A stretch of DNA of 30,299 nucleotides, taken from contig CAYUTF010000030.1 in NCBI GenBank assembly GCA_964447495.1, forward strand, positions 1 to 30,299, written 5' to 3'. The translations under genes were made by a program, and so were the position numbers. This stretch comes from an uncultured archaeon (GTDB lineage Archaea > Asgardarchaeota > Lokiarchaeia > Sigyniarchaeales > SOKP01). Below are positions 1-9,385 of this stretch, piece after piece. The notes below the pieces were generated by a model. That model did no database searches and was not told the origin of the DNA. It saw only the letters and a program-made list of their open reading frames with translations. Within the stretch, counting starts at the first letter, position 1. Each line of letters opens with the position of its first letter.

Positions 1-258
1 GATAATATTATCGCTGAAATTTTAGATAGAGGGGATTCTTGGGAACATCTTCAAATTTATGATGGTATGATGGATTTAATTGATTCCAAAGAAACAATAA
101 AGAAAAACCTTCTGACCGCGCTGGAAATGTATGGTGAAAGGCTGAAATTTGTTGGTCCCGATTGCGGTTTAGGAGGTTGGCTCCACCCCCAGATTGCTTA
201 TGAATTACTTCATCGAACTCAAAAAGTGATTTCTGAAGTTAGAAAAATTAGTCATTAA
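1..258 (+). CDS. metE: C-terminal part of a cobalamin-independent methionine synthase (MetE-like catalytic domain), 5'-truncated by the window
   Basis: Frame is open from base 1 (DNIIAEILDRGDSWEHLQIYDGMMD...). It contains FVGPDCGLGGW, matching the MetE C-terminal PDCGL Zn-ligand motif. Confidence 0.6.
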   Translation, partial: DNIIAEILDRGDSWEHLQIYDGMMDLIDSKETIKKNLLTALEMYGERLKFVGPDCGLGGWLHPQIAYELLHRTQKVISEVRKISH

Positions 259-310
259 CGCTCATTTCTGTTATTTTTTAAAATAATAATCTTTTTATAG
301 TAAAAATTTC

Positions 311-340
311 ATATATTTATTGACAAGTAAGAGTTGACAA
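311..340 (+). promoter_or_regulatory. Candidate operator upstream of hsp20 (ATATATTTATTGACAAGTAAG plus a second TTGACAA)
   Basis: Near-identical to 1055-1076 upstream of cdc48; TTGACAA occurs twice at a 14-bp period. Confidence 0.45.
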
Positions 341-368
341 AATAAAAAATTTTTCTTGGTGGAAAATA

Positions 369-995
369 ATGGACGATGAATATGATGATTTTATTGAAAA
401 AATAAAGAAATTTTTGAATATAGATTCTGATAGGTTTGATATTGATTTTTTATTTATGCCAGAACCTAATATGGACTTACCATTTAATCCCGATGACAAA
501 AACCTAAAAGGTTTTAAGATATCATATCACTTCAGTGATGGTATGGATAAGCCAGAAATTCGTTTTGAAGGGGATATTGATAGAAAGAAACTACGAAAAT
601 ATCTGAGAAATATTGATTTGTCAAAATATCCTCAATTAAATCAGATGGCAAAAAATCAAAAGCAGAATGTTATTGATGCGAAAGAGCTGTTCTTGGAGCC
701 ATGTACAAATAAAGATGATGAATGCATAATAGAGCCCTTCTCTGAGATAAATTATGATGACAATACTGTGGAAATTATCATAGAGATGCCTGGAATTGAA
801 AAGGGACATATACTAATATCCTCTATAGAAGATGGAGGAAAAGTGAAAATCACTGCTGAAAATGAGTTAAGAAAATTTGTAAAGTTATTTGATTTGCCAT
901 TTAAAGTCAAAATAGGGGATTACGGCCTGGACGTTAATAATGGTGTTACTACGATTTTGTTTCATAAATTACAATCGAATAACATAAAAAATTAA
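369..995 (+). CDS. hsp20: Small heat shock protein, Hsp20/alpha-crystallin family (archaeal type)
   Basis: C-terminal EPFSEI...VEIIIEMPGIEK...FDLP...NNGVTTI resembles the alpha-crystallin domain; gene lies directly upstream of cdc48. Confidence 0.8.
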   Translation: MDDEYDDFIEKIKKFLNIDSDRFDIDFLFMPEPNMDLPFNPDDKNLKGFKISYHFSDGMDKPEIRFEGDIDRKKLRKYLRNIDLSKYPQLNQMAKNQKQNVIDAKELFLEPCTNKDDECIIEPFSEINYDDNTVEIIIEMPGIEKGHILISSIEDGGKVKITAENELRKFVKLFDLPFKVKIGDYGLDVNNGVTTILFHKLQSNNIKN

Positions 996-1054
996 GTAGA
1001 ATAATAAATCAAATAGTAAGGACTATATAGCTAATTTATTAAATAACAATAAAA

Positions 1055-1076
1055 ATATATTTACTTGAGAAGTAAG
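1055..1076 (+). promoter_or_regulatory. Candidate operator upstream of cdc48 with palindrome TTACTT-gag-AAGTAA, abutting the SD (GGTGA)
   Basis: ATATATTTACTTGAGAAGTAAG; inverted repeat at 1061-1075; matches the hsp20 upstream motif. Confidence 0.45.
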
Positions 1077-1089
1077 GTGAAAATTTAGA

Positions 1090-3411
1090 ATGAGTAAATT
1101 TACAGGTAGTTATGATGGTTCGGAAAAAAGGCTAAGAGTGAAGGATGCCTTCAAAGAGGATGCTGGAAAAGGGAGGGTGCGGATTGATCCTAGCATAGTC
1201 ACTGAATTAGCTCTTCGAAATGGCGACGTGATAGAGATAACCCATCCTATAACTAATATGAAAACCGCAGGCTTACTGTATCCGGGCAGACAAGAAGATA
1301 AAGATTCTGGAATAATTCGATTAGAACCCTCTCTTAGGAGAAATTTAGGCGCTTCGGTAGATGATATCGTATCTATTCGAAAAATCGTAGCTGAATTAGC
1401 CGAAAAAATTACATTTGCTGGGTTAAAGCAGGTGGTTTTAGCTAAAGATGCTCAGCAATTATCAACAACCTTAGAGAACAGAGTAGTTACCAAAAATGAT
1501 ATAATTAGTTTTTATAATTGGAGTGGGCGTATAGATCTAATCGTTGTCGATTTCTCTCCTAAAGTTGATGCTGTTCAGATTCATGTTGATACAGAAATTA
1601 TTATGAGCGAGAAAAGTCATAAAGAACTCATTGAAATGGAAAAGTCAAGAGTTTCATATGAAGATATTGGTGGTTTGGAAGAAGAGATCCAGAAAATTCG
1701 TGAGATGATTGAACTTCCTATTCGACATCCAGAACTATTCAAAAGAATTGGAATTGATCCTCCTAAGGGAGTGTTACTTCACGGACCTCCTGGAACGGGT
1801 AAGACCTTATTAGCAAGGGCAGTAGCCTATGAGACAGATGCTCATTTCATAACAATTAGTGGTCCAGAAATTATGAGTAAATTTTATGGACAGAGCGAAG
1901 AGAATCTGAGAAAAATTTTTGATGAAGCAAAAGAAAAATCACCATCGATTATATTTATTGATGAATTAGATTCAATTGCCCCAAAAAGAGGAGAAGTAAC
2001 TGGAGAAGTAGAAAGACGGGTTGTAGCGCAATTACTTTCTTTAATGGATGGTCTTGAAGGAAGAGGAGAGGTTATTGTGATCGGAGCTACCAATCGAGTA
2101 AATGATATCGATCCGGCATTAAGGAGACCTGGAAGGTTCGACCGCGAGATTGAAATCGGAGTGCCTGATACAGATGGTAGACATGAAATACTTTTAATAC
2201 ATACACGAGGTATGCCAATAAATAAGGATGTTGATCTTCGATTAATAGCGGAGAGAACCCATGGCTTTGTAGGTGCAGACGTTGAAGCTCTGGCAAAAGA
2301 AGCAGCTATGCTCGCGATAAGAGAGATTCTTCCTAAGATCGATTTAGACAAACCTATTCCTTTAGAGATTTTAGATAAAATTCGAATTACAATGGAGAAT
2401 TTTCTTGACGCACTGACTAGTATAGAGCCGTCTGCTCTTAGAGAAGTATTAATTCAACAGCCAAGTGAGACATGGGAGGATGTTGGAGGCTTGGAGAATG
2501 CTATTTTACAGTTAAAGGAAGTAATTGAATGGCCATTGAGATATCCCGAATTATATTCCCATTTAGACTCAAAACCACCTAATGGAATACTTTTATATGG
2601 ACCCCCTGGTACAGGAAAAACTTTACTCGCGAAAGCATTAGCGCATGAAAGTGAAATAAATTTCATCTCAGTAAAAGGACCAGAGTTTTTATCGAAATGG
2701 GTTGGCGAAAGTGAAAAAGCGGTCCGTGAGACATTTCGAAAAGCGAGATCTGCCGCACCTTGCATTATCTTTTTTGATGAAATTGATGCTATTGCTGGAG
2801 AAAGGGGTAGATTTGCTGGCTCACAGGTTACTGAACAAGTAGTATCCCAATTACTTACTGAGATGGACGGATTAGAAGGATTAAAAAATGTGATCTTACT
2901 TGCTGCTACGAATCGACCTGAGCTATTAGATGCTGCTTTATTACGATCGGGACGATTTGGAAGGCATATTGAAATACCTATGCCCGATCTTAATGCAAGA
3001 AAAGAAATTTTCAATATTCATCTAAAAAATAAACCAATCGGAGAAGATGTATTTATTGATAAATTAGCTGAAGCTTTTGAAGGTTATACAGGAGCAGATA
3101 TCCAAGCAATTTGTGAAGAAGCAACCTTATTAACTATTAGAAAGAATATCCCTTTAGTTAATGAAAAACTAAAAGAAACAGTCGAAATACAATCTCAATT
3201 AGAGCGTTTAAAGTCTGAAGAAGGTTCCAACTTTGAAAAAATAAAGGAGTTAGAAGGAAAGATTAAAGAACTAAAAATTGAGATGGTTAGCAAAATTTTC
3301 ATATCCCAAAATGAATTCGACGAAGCGATAGAAAAAATCTTAAAAGATGCTGATCTTGCAAAGAGAGTGCATGATAGGACATTAAAAGCGGCAGAAGACA
3401 TGTTTCGATAA
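1090..3411 (+). CDS. cdc48: CDC48/VCP (VAT) family double-ring AAA+ ATPase
   Basis: N-domain, two Walker A motifs (GPPGTGKT), Walker B motifs (IIFIDE, IIFFDE), SRH regions RRPGRFDRE and LRSGRF; SD GGTGA upstream. Confidence 0.97.
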   Translation: MSKFTGSYDGSEKRLRVKDAFKEDAGKGRVRIDPSIVTELALRNGDVIEITHPITNMKTAGLLYPGRQEDKDSGIIRLEPSLRRNLGASVDDIVSIRKIVAELAEKITFAGLKQVVLAKDAQQLSTTLENRVVTKNDIISFYNWSGRIDLIVVDFSPKVDAVQIHVDTEIIMSEKSHKELIEMEKSRVSYEDIGGLEEEIQKIREMIELPIRHPELFKRIGIDPPKGVLLHGPPGTGKTLLARAVAYETDAHFITISGPEIMSKFYGQSEENLRKIFDEAKEKSPSIIFIDELDSIAPKRGEVTGEVERRVVAQLLSLMDGLEGRGEVIVIGATNRVNDIDPALRRPGRFDREIEIGVPDTDGRHEILLIHTRGMPINKDVDLRLIAERTHGFVGADVEALAKEAAMLAIREILPKIDLDKPIPLEILDKIRITMENFLDALTSIEPSALREVLIQQPSETWEDVGGLENAILQLKEVIEWPLRYPELYSHLDSKPPNGILLYGPPGTGKTLLAKALAHESEINFISVKGPEFLSKWVGESEKAVRETFRKARSAAPCIIFFDEIDAIAGERGRFAGSQVTEQVVSQLLTEMDGLEGLKNVILLAATNRPELLDAALLRSGRFGRHIEIPMPDLNARKEIFNIHLKNKPIGEDVFIDKLAEAFEGYTGADIQAICEEATLLTIRKNIPLVNEKLKETVEIQSQLERLKSEEGSNFEKIKELEGKIKELKIEMVSKIFISQNEFDEAIEKILKDADLAKRVHDRTLKAAEDMFR

Positions 3412-3453
3412 AAATAGTTAAAATAATAACAATAAATTTGGAGTGATAAAAAA

Positions 3454-4272
3454 ATGGAAGTAGAAAATGAGAATGAAAATAATCAAATCATAAGTTTAGA
3501 TTCATTATTAGAATTATTAGGAAACTCTACTCGAAGGTTAATTATAGCTAAATTGACTAAAGTCCCTCATTCAGCTCCAGAATTAGCCACTGATCTTGGA
3601 ATTTCTAGACAGGCTGTTCATAATCAATTAAAGATGTTATCTGATTATGGACTTATCGAAATCATCGATTCAGATGACGCAAGAGGTGGAAAGTACCAAA
3701 TAAAAAGCAATATTTCCATCAAAATAGATATTTCTCCAAATTATTATAATATAAAATATACTTCTTCCAATTTCGACGATAAGGATAATTCTATTATCTT
3801 AAAAGATCTTCAATGTGCAAATGATTATTCTAAAATTAAATCTTCAAATAAAAAGGTGAAATTTTTAGGAGATGAGATTGTCAAGATTGAAGATAAACTT
3901 ACTGAATTAGATGGTAAACGACAGGAGTATCTTCATCAAAAGAAATTGCTACTTTTTGAGATTAAAAAGCTTATGAATGAGCAATATCGTCAAAAATTTG
4001 AAGATATGTTAAAAGGTAGGGATCTGAAAGATAAAAGTGTCAAACAGACAATAAATCAAGCTGAAGAAGTATTGTTTACCATGTTTTTTAACCCCAATCG
4101 ATATTTCACTCGGTTTAATGTGGATAAATTGCTTGATGATCTCTTTTTCTCTGGTATGGATATACGGGAGAAAAGTGGACGTTCGGGACCAATCAGAGAC
4201 TTGCTTGAAGATATGTCTCGTTTGATGGGATTCTTGCGTGAAGATGATGAAGATTGGTCTTTTGATTTCTAA
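3454..4272 (+). CDS. ArsR-type wHTH transcriptional regulator with coiled coil, Phr/HSR1-like heat-shock regulator
   Basis: LLGNSTRRLII...ELATDLGISRQAVHNQLKML is an ArsR HTH; heptad-rich middle region; context next to hsp20 and cdc48. Confidence 0.8.
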   Translation: MEVENENENNQIISLDSLLELLGNSTRRLIIAKLTKVPHSAPELATDLGISRQAVHNQLKMLSDYGLIEIIDSDDARGGKYQIKSNISIKIDISPNYYNIKYTSSNFDDKDNSIILKDLQCANDYSKIKSSNKKVKFLGDEIVKIEDKLTELDGKRQEYLHQKKLLLFEIKKLMNEQYRQKFEDMLKGRDLKDKSVKQTINQAEEVLFTMFFNPNRYFTRFNVDKLLDDLFFSGMDIREKSGRSGPIRDLLEDMSRLMGFLREDDEDWSFDF

Positions 4273-4318
4273 TTTTTAGTTTCTTAATACCCTTACGTTA
4301 AAAAAATAGAGGTATCGC

Positions 4319-4819
4319 ATGGATTTATATGGTTTAAAGAAACTGATGCCTGAGATCTTTGAAAAGGTTAAGAGAGACGTGAGAAAGGTCTATAAAAGGC
4401 ATCGAGCGGGTCTAAGTTTAGGATTAGTCGAGATGGGAATGTTTCAGCAAGGTTTTATCGGTGGAATGCATTTCCATCCTGGTACTGAGATTGTTATGAA
4501 TAAAACACCTCTAAAGGTTATTTTAGAAACCCAACCTTATGAAGTTATATGGGCATATACTTATCATATTCTGTTGCATGAATATGTCCACTCTTTAGGC
4601 GTTATCGATGAAAGAAAATGTAGGGAAATAACCTTAAGGATAAGTGAAGAAATATTTAAAGAAACCAACCATCCTGCGGTTATTTTAGCAAGAAAAGGTA
4701 TAGGAGCCTATCTTCCCGACCTTAAGATGGTATACATCCCACCAGAGCAAAAACCGGAGGGAATATCCATCGAATATGTATATGGATTCGATAGTGAAAG
4801 TCAAACTTATTTTTCTTAA
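4319..4819 (+). CDS. Small zincin-like metallopeptidase (HEXXH)
   Basis: ILLHEYVHSLG motif in a 166-aa soluble protein; SD GAGGT upstream. Confidence 0.7.
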   Translation: MDLYGLKKLMPEIFEKVKRDVRKVYKRHRAGLSLGLVEMGMFQQGFIGGMHFHPGTEIVMNKTPLKVILETQPYEVIWAYTYHILLHEYVHSLGVIDERKCREITLRISEEIFKETNHPAVILARKGIGAYLPDLKMVYIPPEQKPEGISIEYVYGFDSESQTYFS

Positions 4820-4861
4820 ACATTTTATGAATTGATAAAATTCTCAAGGTTCATGTATAGA

Positions 4862-5548
4862 TTATGTCGTTTCATATTGTAAAATCCATTTTAAATTATT
4901 TATAATCTCTATTACGCCTTTAGTATCCCTAACATTATTGATAACGGCTTTATATTCACTCATTGAAGAAAGAGTTCCACTTAAGGTAACTATGCCTTTA
5001 CGAACACTTAGATCTACTTTCTTTGCATCAAAATGAACCGAATTTCTCATTGATGTTACTATATTTTTAGTAATTTCTTCATCAGTAATAACCTCATCGG
5101 GTATGATCTTTATTTTATTCGTTACGGACACAACTCCAGATATTTGAGAAGCTAATTTTTGGATCTTATCTCGTTTCCAATATGAATTTACAATTCCCTC
5201 CAAAAGAACTCTACCCTTATTAGTAGATACTTTAACGTCATTAGAATGTAGTTCTGAATTGGCATCTAAAAGGCAAAACATAGCATCTTTAACCTCCTGA
5301 TCCGAGAGTGCTACATAAGAACTAAGAAATTTCACCTCAATATTATTAATTACCGATTTTATACCAGGTACCATTTGCGTTTCAATTTCAGCTAATATCT
5401 TTTCCAGATAAGTTGAAACACAACCCTTTAAGGTAGCAATATCATCATTAATAAAGATTGAAATTTGAGATTCATCTATTTCATTATTCCAAGTTAGCCT
5501 ATCCTTAACAATTTTCTCAAGTTCTTTTACATTTTTTAATTTTTCCAT
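4862..5548 (-). CDS. Triple BON-domain protein (OsmY-like), no signal peptide
   Basis: Three repeats of V(T/L)LxGxV...GVxxVxN(N/K)(I/L) (ATLKGCV..GIKSVINNI; VLLEGIV..GVVSVTNKI; VTLSGTL..GVIEIINNL). Confidence 0.88.
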   Translation of the reverse strand: MEKLKNVKELEKIVKDRLTWNNEIDESQISIFINDDIATLKGCVSTYLEKILAEIETQMVPGIKSVINNIEVKFLSSYVALSDQEVKDAMFCLLDANSELHSNDVKVSTNKGRVLLEGIVNSYWKRDKIQKLASQISGVVSVTNKIKIIPDEVITDEEITKNIVTSMRNSVHFDAKKVDLSVRKGIVTLSGTLSSMSEYKAVINNVRDTKGVIEIINNLKWILQYETT

Positions 5549-5597
5549 AATACTTATGAACCTCTTTTTTATTGATATCTTAATTATTCTTACTTAT

Positions 5598-5738
5598 TCA
5601 ATTATCACATAATGATTTTTCTTTAAGATCTTCTCTAATTTTTTTTTTAGCAAGATGTTTTCTAATATCATTATAGAATTTGTTCCGCATCATGCATTCT
5701 TTGACATTATCATTACAAAAAGTAAAAGTAATTGCCAT
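5598..5738 (-). CDS. Putative 46-aa small protein (MAITFTFCNDNVKECMMRNKFYNDIRKHLAKKKIREDLKEKSLCDN)
   Basis: Hand-translated open frame with ATG preceded by AAGGATGTG; co-oriented just upstream of the BON gene; below the ORF-track cutoff. Confidence 0.35.
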   Translation of the reverse strand: MAITFTFCNDNVKECMMRNKFYNDIRKHLAKKKIREDLKEKSLCDN

Positions 5739-5986
5739 CACATCCTTATATATTTGTTAAATTTTCTCATATTTATCATAAAAATCTTGTAATTTTTATC
5801 TAATTATTATCCAATAATATATCTTTTTCAATAAAACCTATAAAAAAAAAAAGAAAATTAGAATTAATTTATAAAAATATTACAATGAAGATGCTGAGGC
5901 GGTTTTATCTTCCAATAAAATTCAATATCTTTATAAACTATCATAATTATTCATAGATAAAGATTTAATCATAAGAGAGATATAAA

Positions 5987-6277
5987 ATGACTTTAGGAAA
6001 GATACCAATTATATTAGAAAATATAAAAAAAGAAGATTTAGATAAACAGATTTTAAGAACAGCCATCTTAGCTGAGCTAGATGCTATTAATCTTTATGAA
6101 CAAATGGCAAATATGACTGAAAATAAACAGTTGAAAATGGTTCTTTTAGATGTAGCTAAAGAAGAAAAAGAACATGTGGGAGAATTCCAATATCTTTTAC
6201 TTAAACATGATAAGCAGCAAGCAGAAGAATTATTAGAGGGAGAGAAAGAAGTACAAGAACTTTTAGGAAAAGAATGA
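5987..6277 (+). CDS. Short ferritin-like protein, encapsulated-ferritin (EncFtn/Flp) or rubrerythrin-related
   Basis: AELDAINLYEQ...EEKEHVGEF carries the E, Y and EExxH di-iron ligands of two-helix ferritin-like proteins. Confidence 0.85.
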   Translation: MTLGKIPIILENIKKEDLDKQILRTAILAELDAINLYEQMANMTENKQLKMVLLDVAKEEKEHVGEFQYLLLKHDKQQAEELLEGEKEVQELLGKE

Positions 6278-6456
6278 AAAATTTTTAAATAATTTTTATA
6301 AATCCTCATATTGTTTTTTAATGCTTTTTTTTTAAATATAAGACACTCAATCAAACATTTTTAAAATGGCTTCAAATAGAATTTTAAAACCTATAAATTA
6401 CTAATATATGTGAAATTACGTAAAGATTAAAATAAATTTATGATCAAATCTTTGTA

Positions 6457-7446
6457 TTAATCCAATCCAACTTCCTCAATTACATTTCTCAGTTTTTGAG
6501 CAGATTTTTTAAAATTTTCTTCTTCTTTCTTGTTTAGAGCAATTTTTAACACTTGAGATACGCCTGATTTATTTATAATTGCAGGTAAACCTAAATATAC
6601 ATTATTTATGCCTAAAAAATCCCTAATTAGTGTTGAAACAGGCAATATAGTATTCTCATCATTTAAAATTGCTTGTATGATCTGAGCAAGAGCTAAACCG
6701 ATTCCATACGATGTTTCCCCTTTCCGTTTAATAATTTCATATGCTGAATTTCTCACTTCTTCAAATATTTGACTTAACTCTTCTTCCTTGTTACAAAATT
6801 CTTTATTGTCGCACATTACGCAGTAGTCTTTAATTAACATACCACCTATCATTGCACTACTCCATACTGCAAATTCACTATCTCCGTGTTCCCCCAAAAT
6901 GTATGCATGGACATTTTGAGGATTGACATTACACTTTTTTCCTAAAAGGTATTTGAATCGTGCTGTGTCTAATACGGTCCCTGCGCCAAAAACTTCATTT
7001 TCAGACTTTCCTGATATTTTAAACGCAGCATATGAGAGAATGTCGACTGGGTTTGAAACAATTAAAAATTTAGCTGAGGGAGCAAAATCCATTATTTCAG
7101 GTATAATTTTTTCATATAAGTGTAAATTCCCTTTAATTAAATCTATCCTTGTCTCGTTAGGTCGCTGATTTCTTCCAGCAGTAACGACAACTATATCCGA
7201 ATCTTTAATATCGGGATAATCACCCGCATCGATTTTTACTGGTGATACATAAGGTGCACCATGAGATATATCCATAACCTCACCCTCTACTCGTTTTCTA
7301 TCAATATCAACCATTACGATCTGACGCGCTAATCCTTTTATGGTTAAAACATAAGCAAAACGTGTACCAACGTTCCCACATCCAATAATTGCTATTTTTG
7401 GTTTTAAATTAATTGTTTTTTCACCTCTAATTAATTCATGTCTCAT
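6457..7446 (-). CDS. ldh: L-lactate dehydrogenase (true start possibly ATT at 7413)
   Basis: IIGCGNVG Rossmann motif, TAGRNQRPNETR with Gln at the specificity position (Arg in MDH), SNPVD, LDTARF, GEHGDS. Confidence 0.92.
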   Translation of the reverse strand: MRHELIRGEKTINLKPKIAIIGCGNVGTRFAYVLTIKGLARQIVMVDIDRKRVEGEVMDISHGAPYVSPVKIDAGDYPDIKDSDIVVVTAGRNQRPNETRIDLIKGNLHLYEKIIPEIMDFAPSAKFLIVSNPVDILSYAAFKISGKSENEVFGAGTVLDTARFKYLLGKKCNVNPQNVHAYILGEHGDSEFAVWSSAMIGGMLIKDYCVMCDNKEFCNKEEELSQIFEEVRNSAYEIIKRKGETSYGIGLALAQIIQAILNDENTILPVSTLIRDFLGINNVYLGLPAIINKSGVSQVLKIALNKKEEENFKKSAQKLRNVIEEVGLD

Positions 7447-7683
7447 TATTACAACATTTTATTAAAGCAATTTCACTATAAATTAAAAATACTATTTTCA
7501 CCATTCAAACTACAAAAAAAGGCATAAATTTTATGTTATGTTTTCAGCATTTAAATAGATACTAACTAATTTCTATTATAATTAATAGAAGAGTAATCCT
7601 TTTTCGTATCTTATTTATAACAATTAAGCTTATTTGAAATTAAATCATATGAAAATTAGATACGTGTTCAATTTGTAGAAGGT

Positions 7684-8769
7684 GTGATAAAGATTACTTC
7701 TAATTCAAAAGCAGAAAAACCACAAGATATGGAGGATATCATAGAAAAGGATTTAGAAATCGCACCAGATCAATTAATTCTGAATTGGAGATTTAAAGAC
7801 GTAAATAAAAAGCTTACTTATGACATTAAAAAATGTATAGGTTGCAGTTTATGTAAACTTGTGTGTCCAGTCGATGCTATAGAACTTGGACCTATTTCTG
7901 AAATCGCACAAAATATTATTGACGATTCGAACCCAAAACTGTTAATTGATCACGAAAAATGTTGTTATTGCATGCTATGCGCTATAGTATGCCCAAATGA
8001 CGCATTTCATGAAAATATTGAACCTGAAGGGCAAATTAACCTTAAAGAGTATCCTTCTATAGCTAAATTCTTTAAAATTGATATGGAAAAATGTATCGAA
8101 GACAAAAATAATGAAATTTGTAACCTGTGTTTAAGCGTTCGTGAACGTAATAATATCAAGGAATATTACAAAATATCGAAAGAATGTCCCACTAAATGTT
8201 TTACCATAGATTCACCCATAGATGGCGAAGTTATTATAAAGAAAAATATGCTCCATAAATGCGATCCTCAAGGTTGTAAAGCGTGTGTGAATATTTGTCC
8301 CGTCGAATCATTTTATATCCCAGAAACTGCCGAAGATGTAATGAAGTATGGCAAGATCGCGTGCAATGAAGATGAGTGCTTCTATTGTGGTGCTTGTGTT
8401 AATTCTTGCCCCGATGATTTAATTATTGTGAATAGAAAAACTATTCAAATTGAAGACCCCAAAGTAAAGGGAAATTATCCTTGGATTCAAGCATGGATCA
8501 CTAGCATTAAAAAAATCCTCATTGAAACTCTCATTCAAGGAAAAGAACAATTTTCCATTCCAATCATCGAAGAGAAACTTAAGAAAGCAAAAAAGCAAAT
8601 TGAGGAACTAATTCCCCGATTAACAGATTCAGAACGAAAACAATTCGAAGACTTAAATACTAAAATACAAGAAATTCTGAAGTCCCCAAAGATTCGATAT
8701 TGGATTGAAGGTAAAAAAACTGATAAGATCATAAAAGAATTAAAAAAAAAGCTAAAATATTCTTCTTAA
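7684..8769 (+). CDS. Polyferredoxin, multi-[4Fe-4S] protein (FwdF-like); start uncertain (7684, 7693 or 7729)
   Basis: Repeated CxxCxxCxxxCP motifs: CIGCSLCKLVCP, CCYCMLCAIVCP, CDPQGCKACVNICP, CFYCGACVNSCP. Confidence 0.88.
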   Translation: MIKITSNSKAEKPQDMEDIIEKDLEIAPDQLILNWRFKDVNKKLTYDIKKCIGCSLCKLVCPVDAIELGPISEIAQNIIDDSNPKLLIDHEKCCYCMLCAIVCPNDAFHENIEPEGQINLKEYPSIAKFFKIDMEKCIEDKNNEICNLCLSVRERNNIKEYYKISKECPTKCFTIDSPIDGEVIIKKNMLHKCDPQGCKACVNICPVESFYIPETAEDVMKYGKIACNEDECFYCGACVNSCPDDLIIVNRKTIQIEDPKVKGNYPWIQAWITSIKKILIETLIQGKEQFSIPIIEEKLKKAKKQIEELIPRLTDSERKQFEDLNTKIQEILKSPKIRYWIEGKKTDKIIKELKKKLKYSS

Positions 8770-8949
8770 CTTTTGTCAATTATTCCCTAAATCGATAAAA
8801 TACTTGGAATAAACATCAAGGGAAATAGAATCAAAATAAATGGTAAAGACATTTTATAGATACTGCAATTTTCTATTTGTTTTTATAGTTCTTACTAGAA
8901 TTAATCTTAATTATAAGATTAATGTCAAAAATTAAACCCTTGGTTGAGA

Positions 8950-9222
8950 ATGCTAGTTAAAATCAAAATTAAACAAAAAAACAATACCTCTGAATACTCA
9001 ATAGTTATATGGATACAGAGAAATAAAGCATTAGATGTTGATTTAGAACAGCTCTTGAAATTTTTCGAAAAACAAATTGCTTCTAAGAAAGTAAGACATA
9101 TTTATCCGTACTATAAAATCACATCCGATAACCCCGCTATGATGCTCTCTCTGATGTCTAGTATCCAAGAGTTAATCCCGGAAATTTTTTTTAATGATGA
9201 AAATGATATCGAAATTAAATAA
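8950..9222 (+). CDS. Hypothetical protein
   Basis: About 90-aa ORF with coding-like composition; ATG at 8950 (track starts at TTG 8944); no motif recognised. Confidence 0.6.
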   Translation: MLVKIKIKQKNNTSEYSIVIWIQRNKALDVDLEQLLKFFEKQIASKKVRHIYPYYKITSDNPAMMLSLMSSIQELIPEIFFNDENDIEIK

Positions 9223-9385
9223 GAAATACACTTATATCTTGAGTATACTTAGCTTGTCATCTTAAGTTATTTCTAAAATCTTTTTGGGAAATTTGAAATG
9301 GGATAGAATGGTAAATTCAGAGTCTGATTTCAATGAAAATTCCTTTGAAAAATAAAAAAAAAACGTAAAAGTTTTTGATTAAATT

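Noticed and set aside
1884-3401. Antisense ORFs inside cdc48, and similar ones within ldh, the surface genes, lysA, dapF and cdhD
   Set aside because: They are shadows of well-supported genes on the other strand or frame and have no motifs of their own.
1042-3436. AATAACAATAAA shared upstream of cdc48 (1042-1053) and the regulator (3425-3436)
   Set aside because: Low-complexity A-rich 12-mer in AT-rich intergenic DNA; it may be chance.
6275-6292. Selenocysteine read-through of the ferritin-like TGA
   Set aside because: An in-frame TAA follows within five codons and the position is not a Cys-equivalent site.
6457-7446. Malate dehydrogenase assignment
   Set aside because: The specificity residue is Gln (GRNQRP), which indicates LDH.
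9284-9355. Short open frame LGNLKWDRMVNSESDFNENSFEK as a third gene-remnant scar
   Set aside because: It could not be aligned convincingly to any protein in the window.
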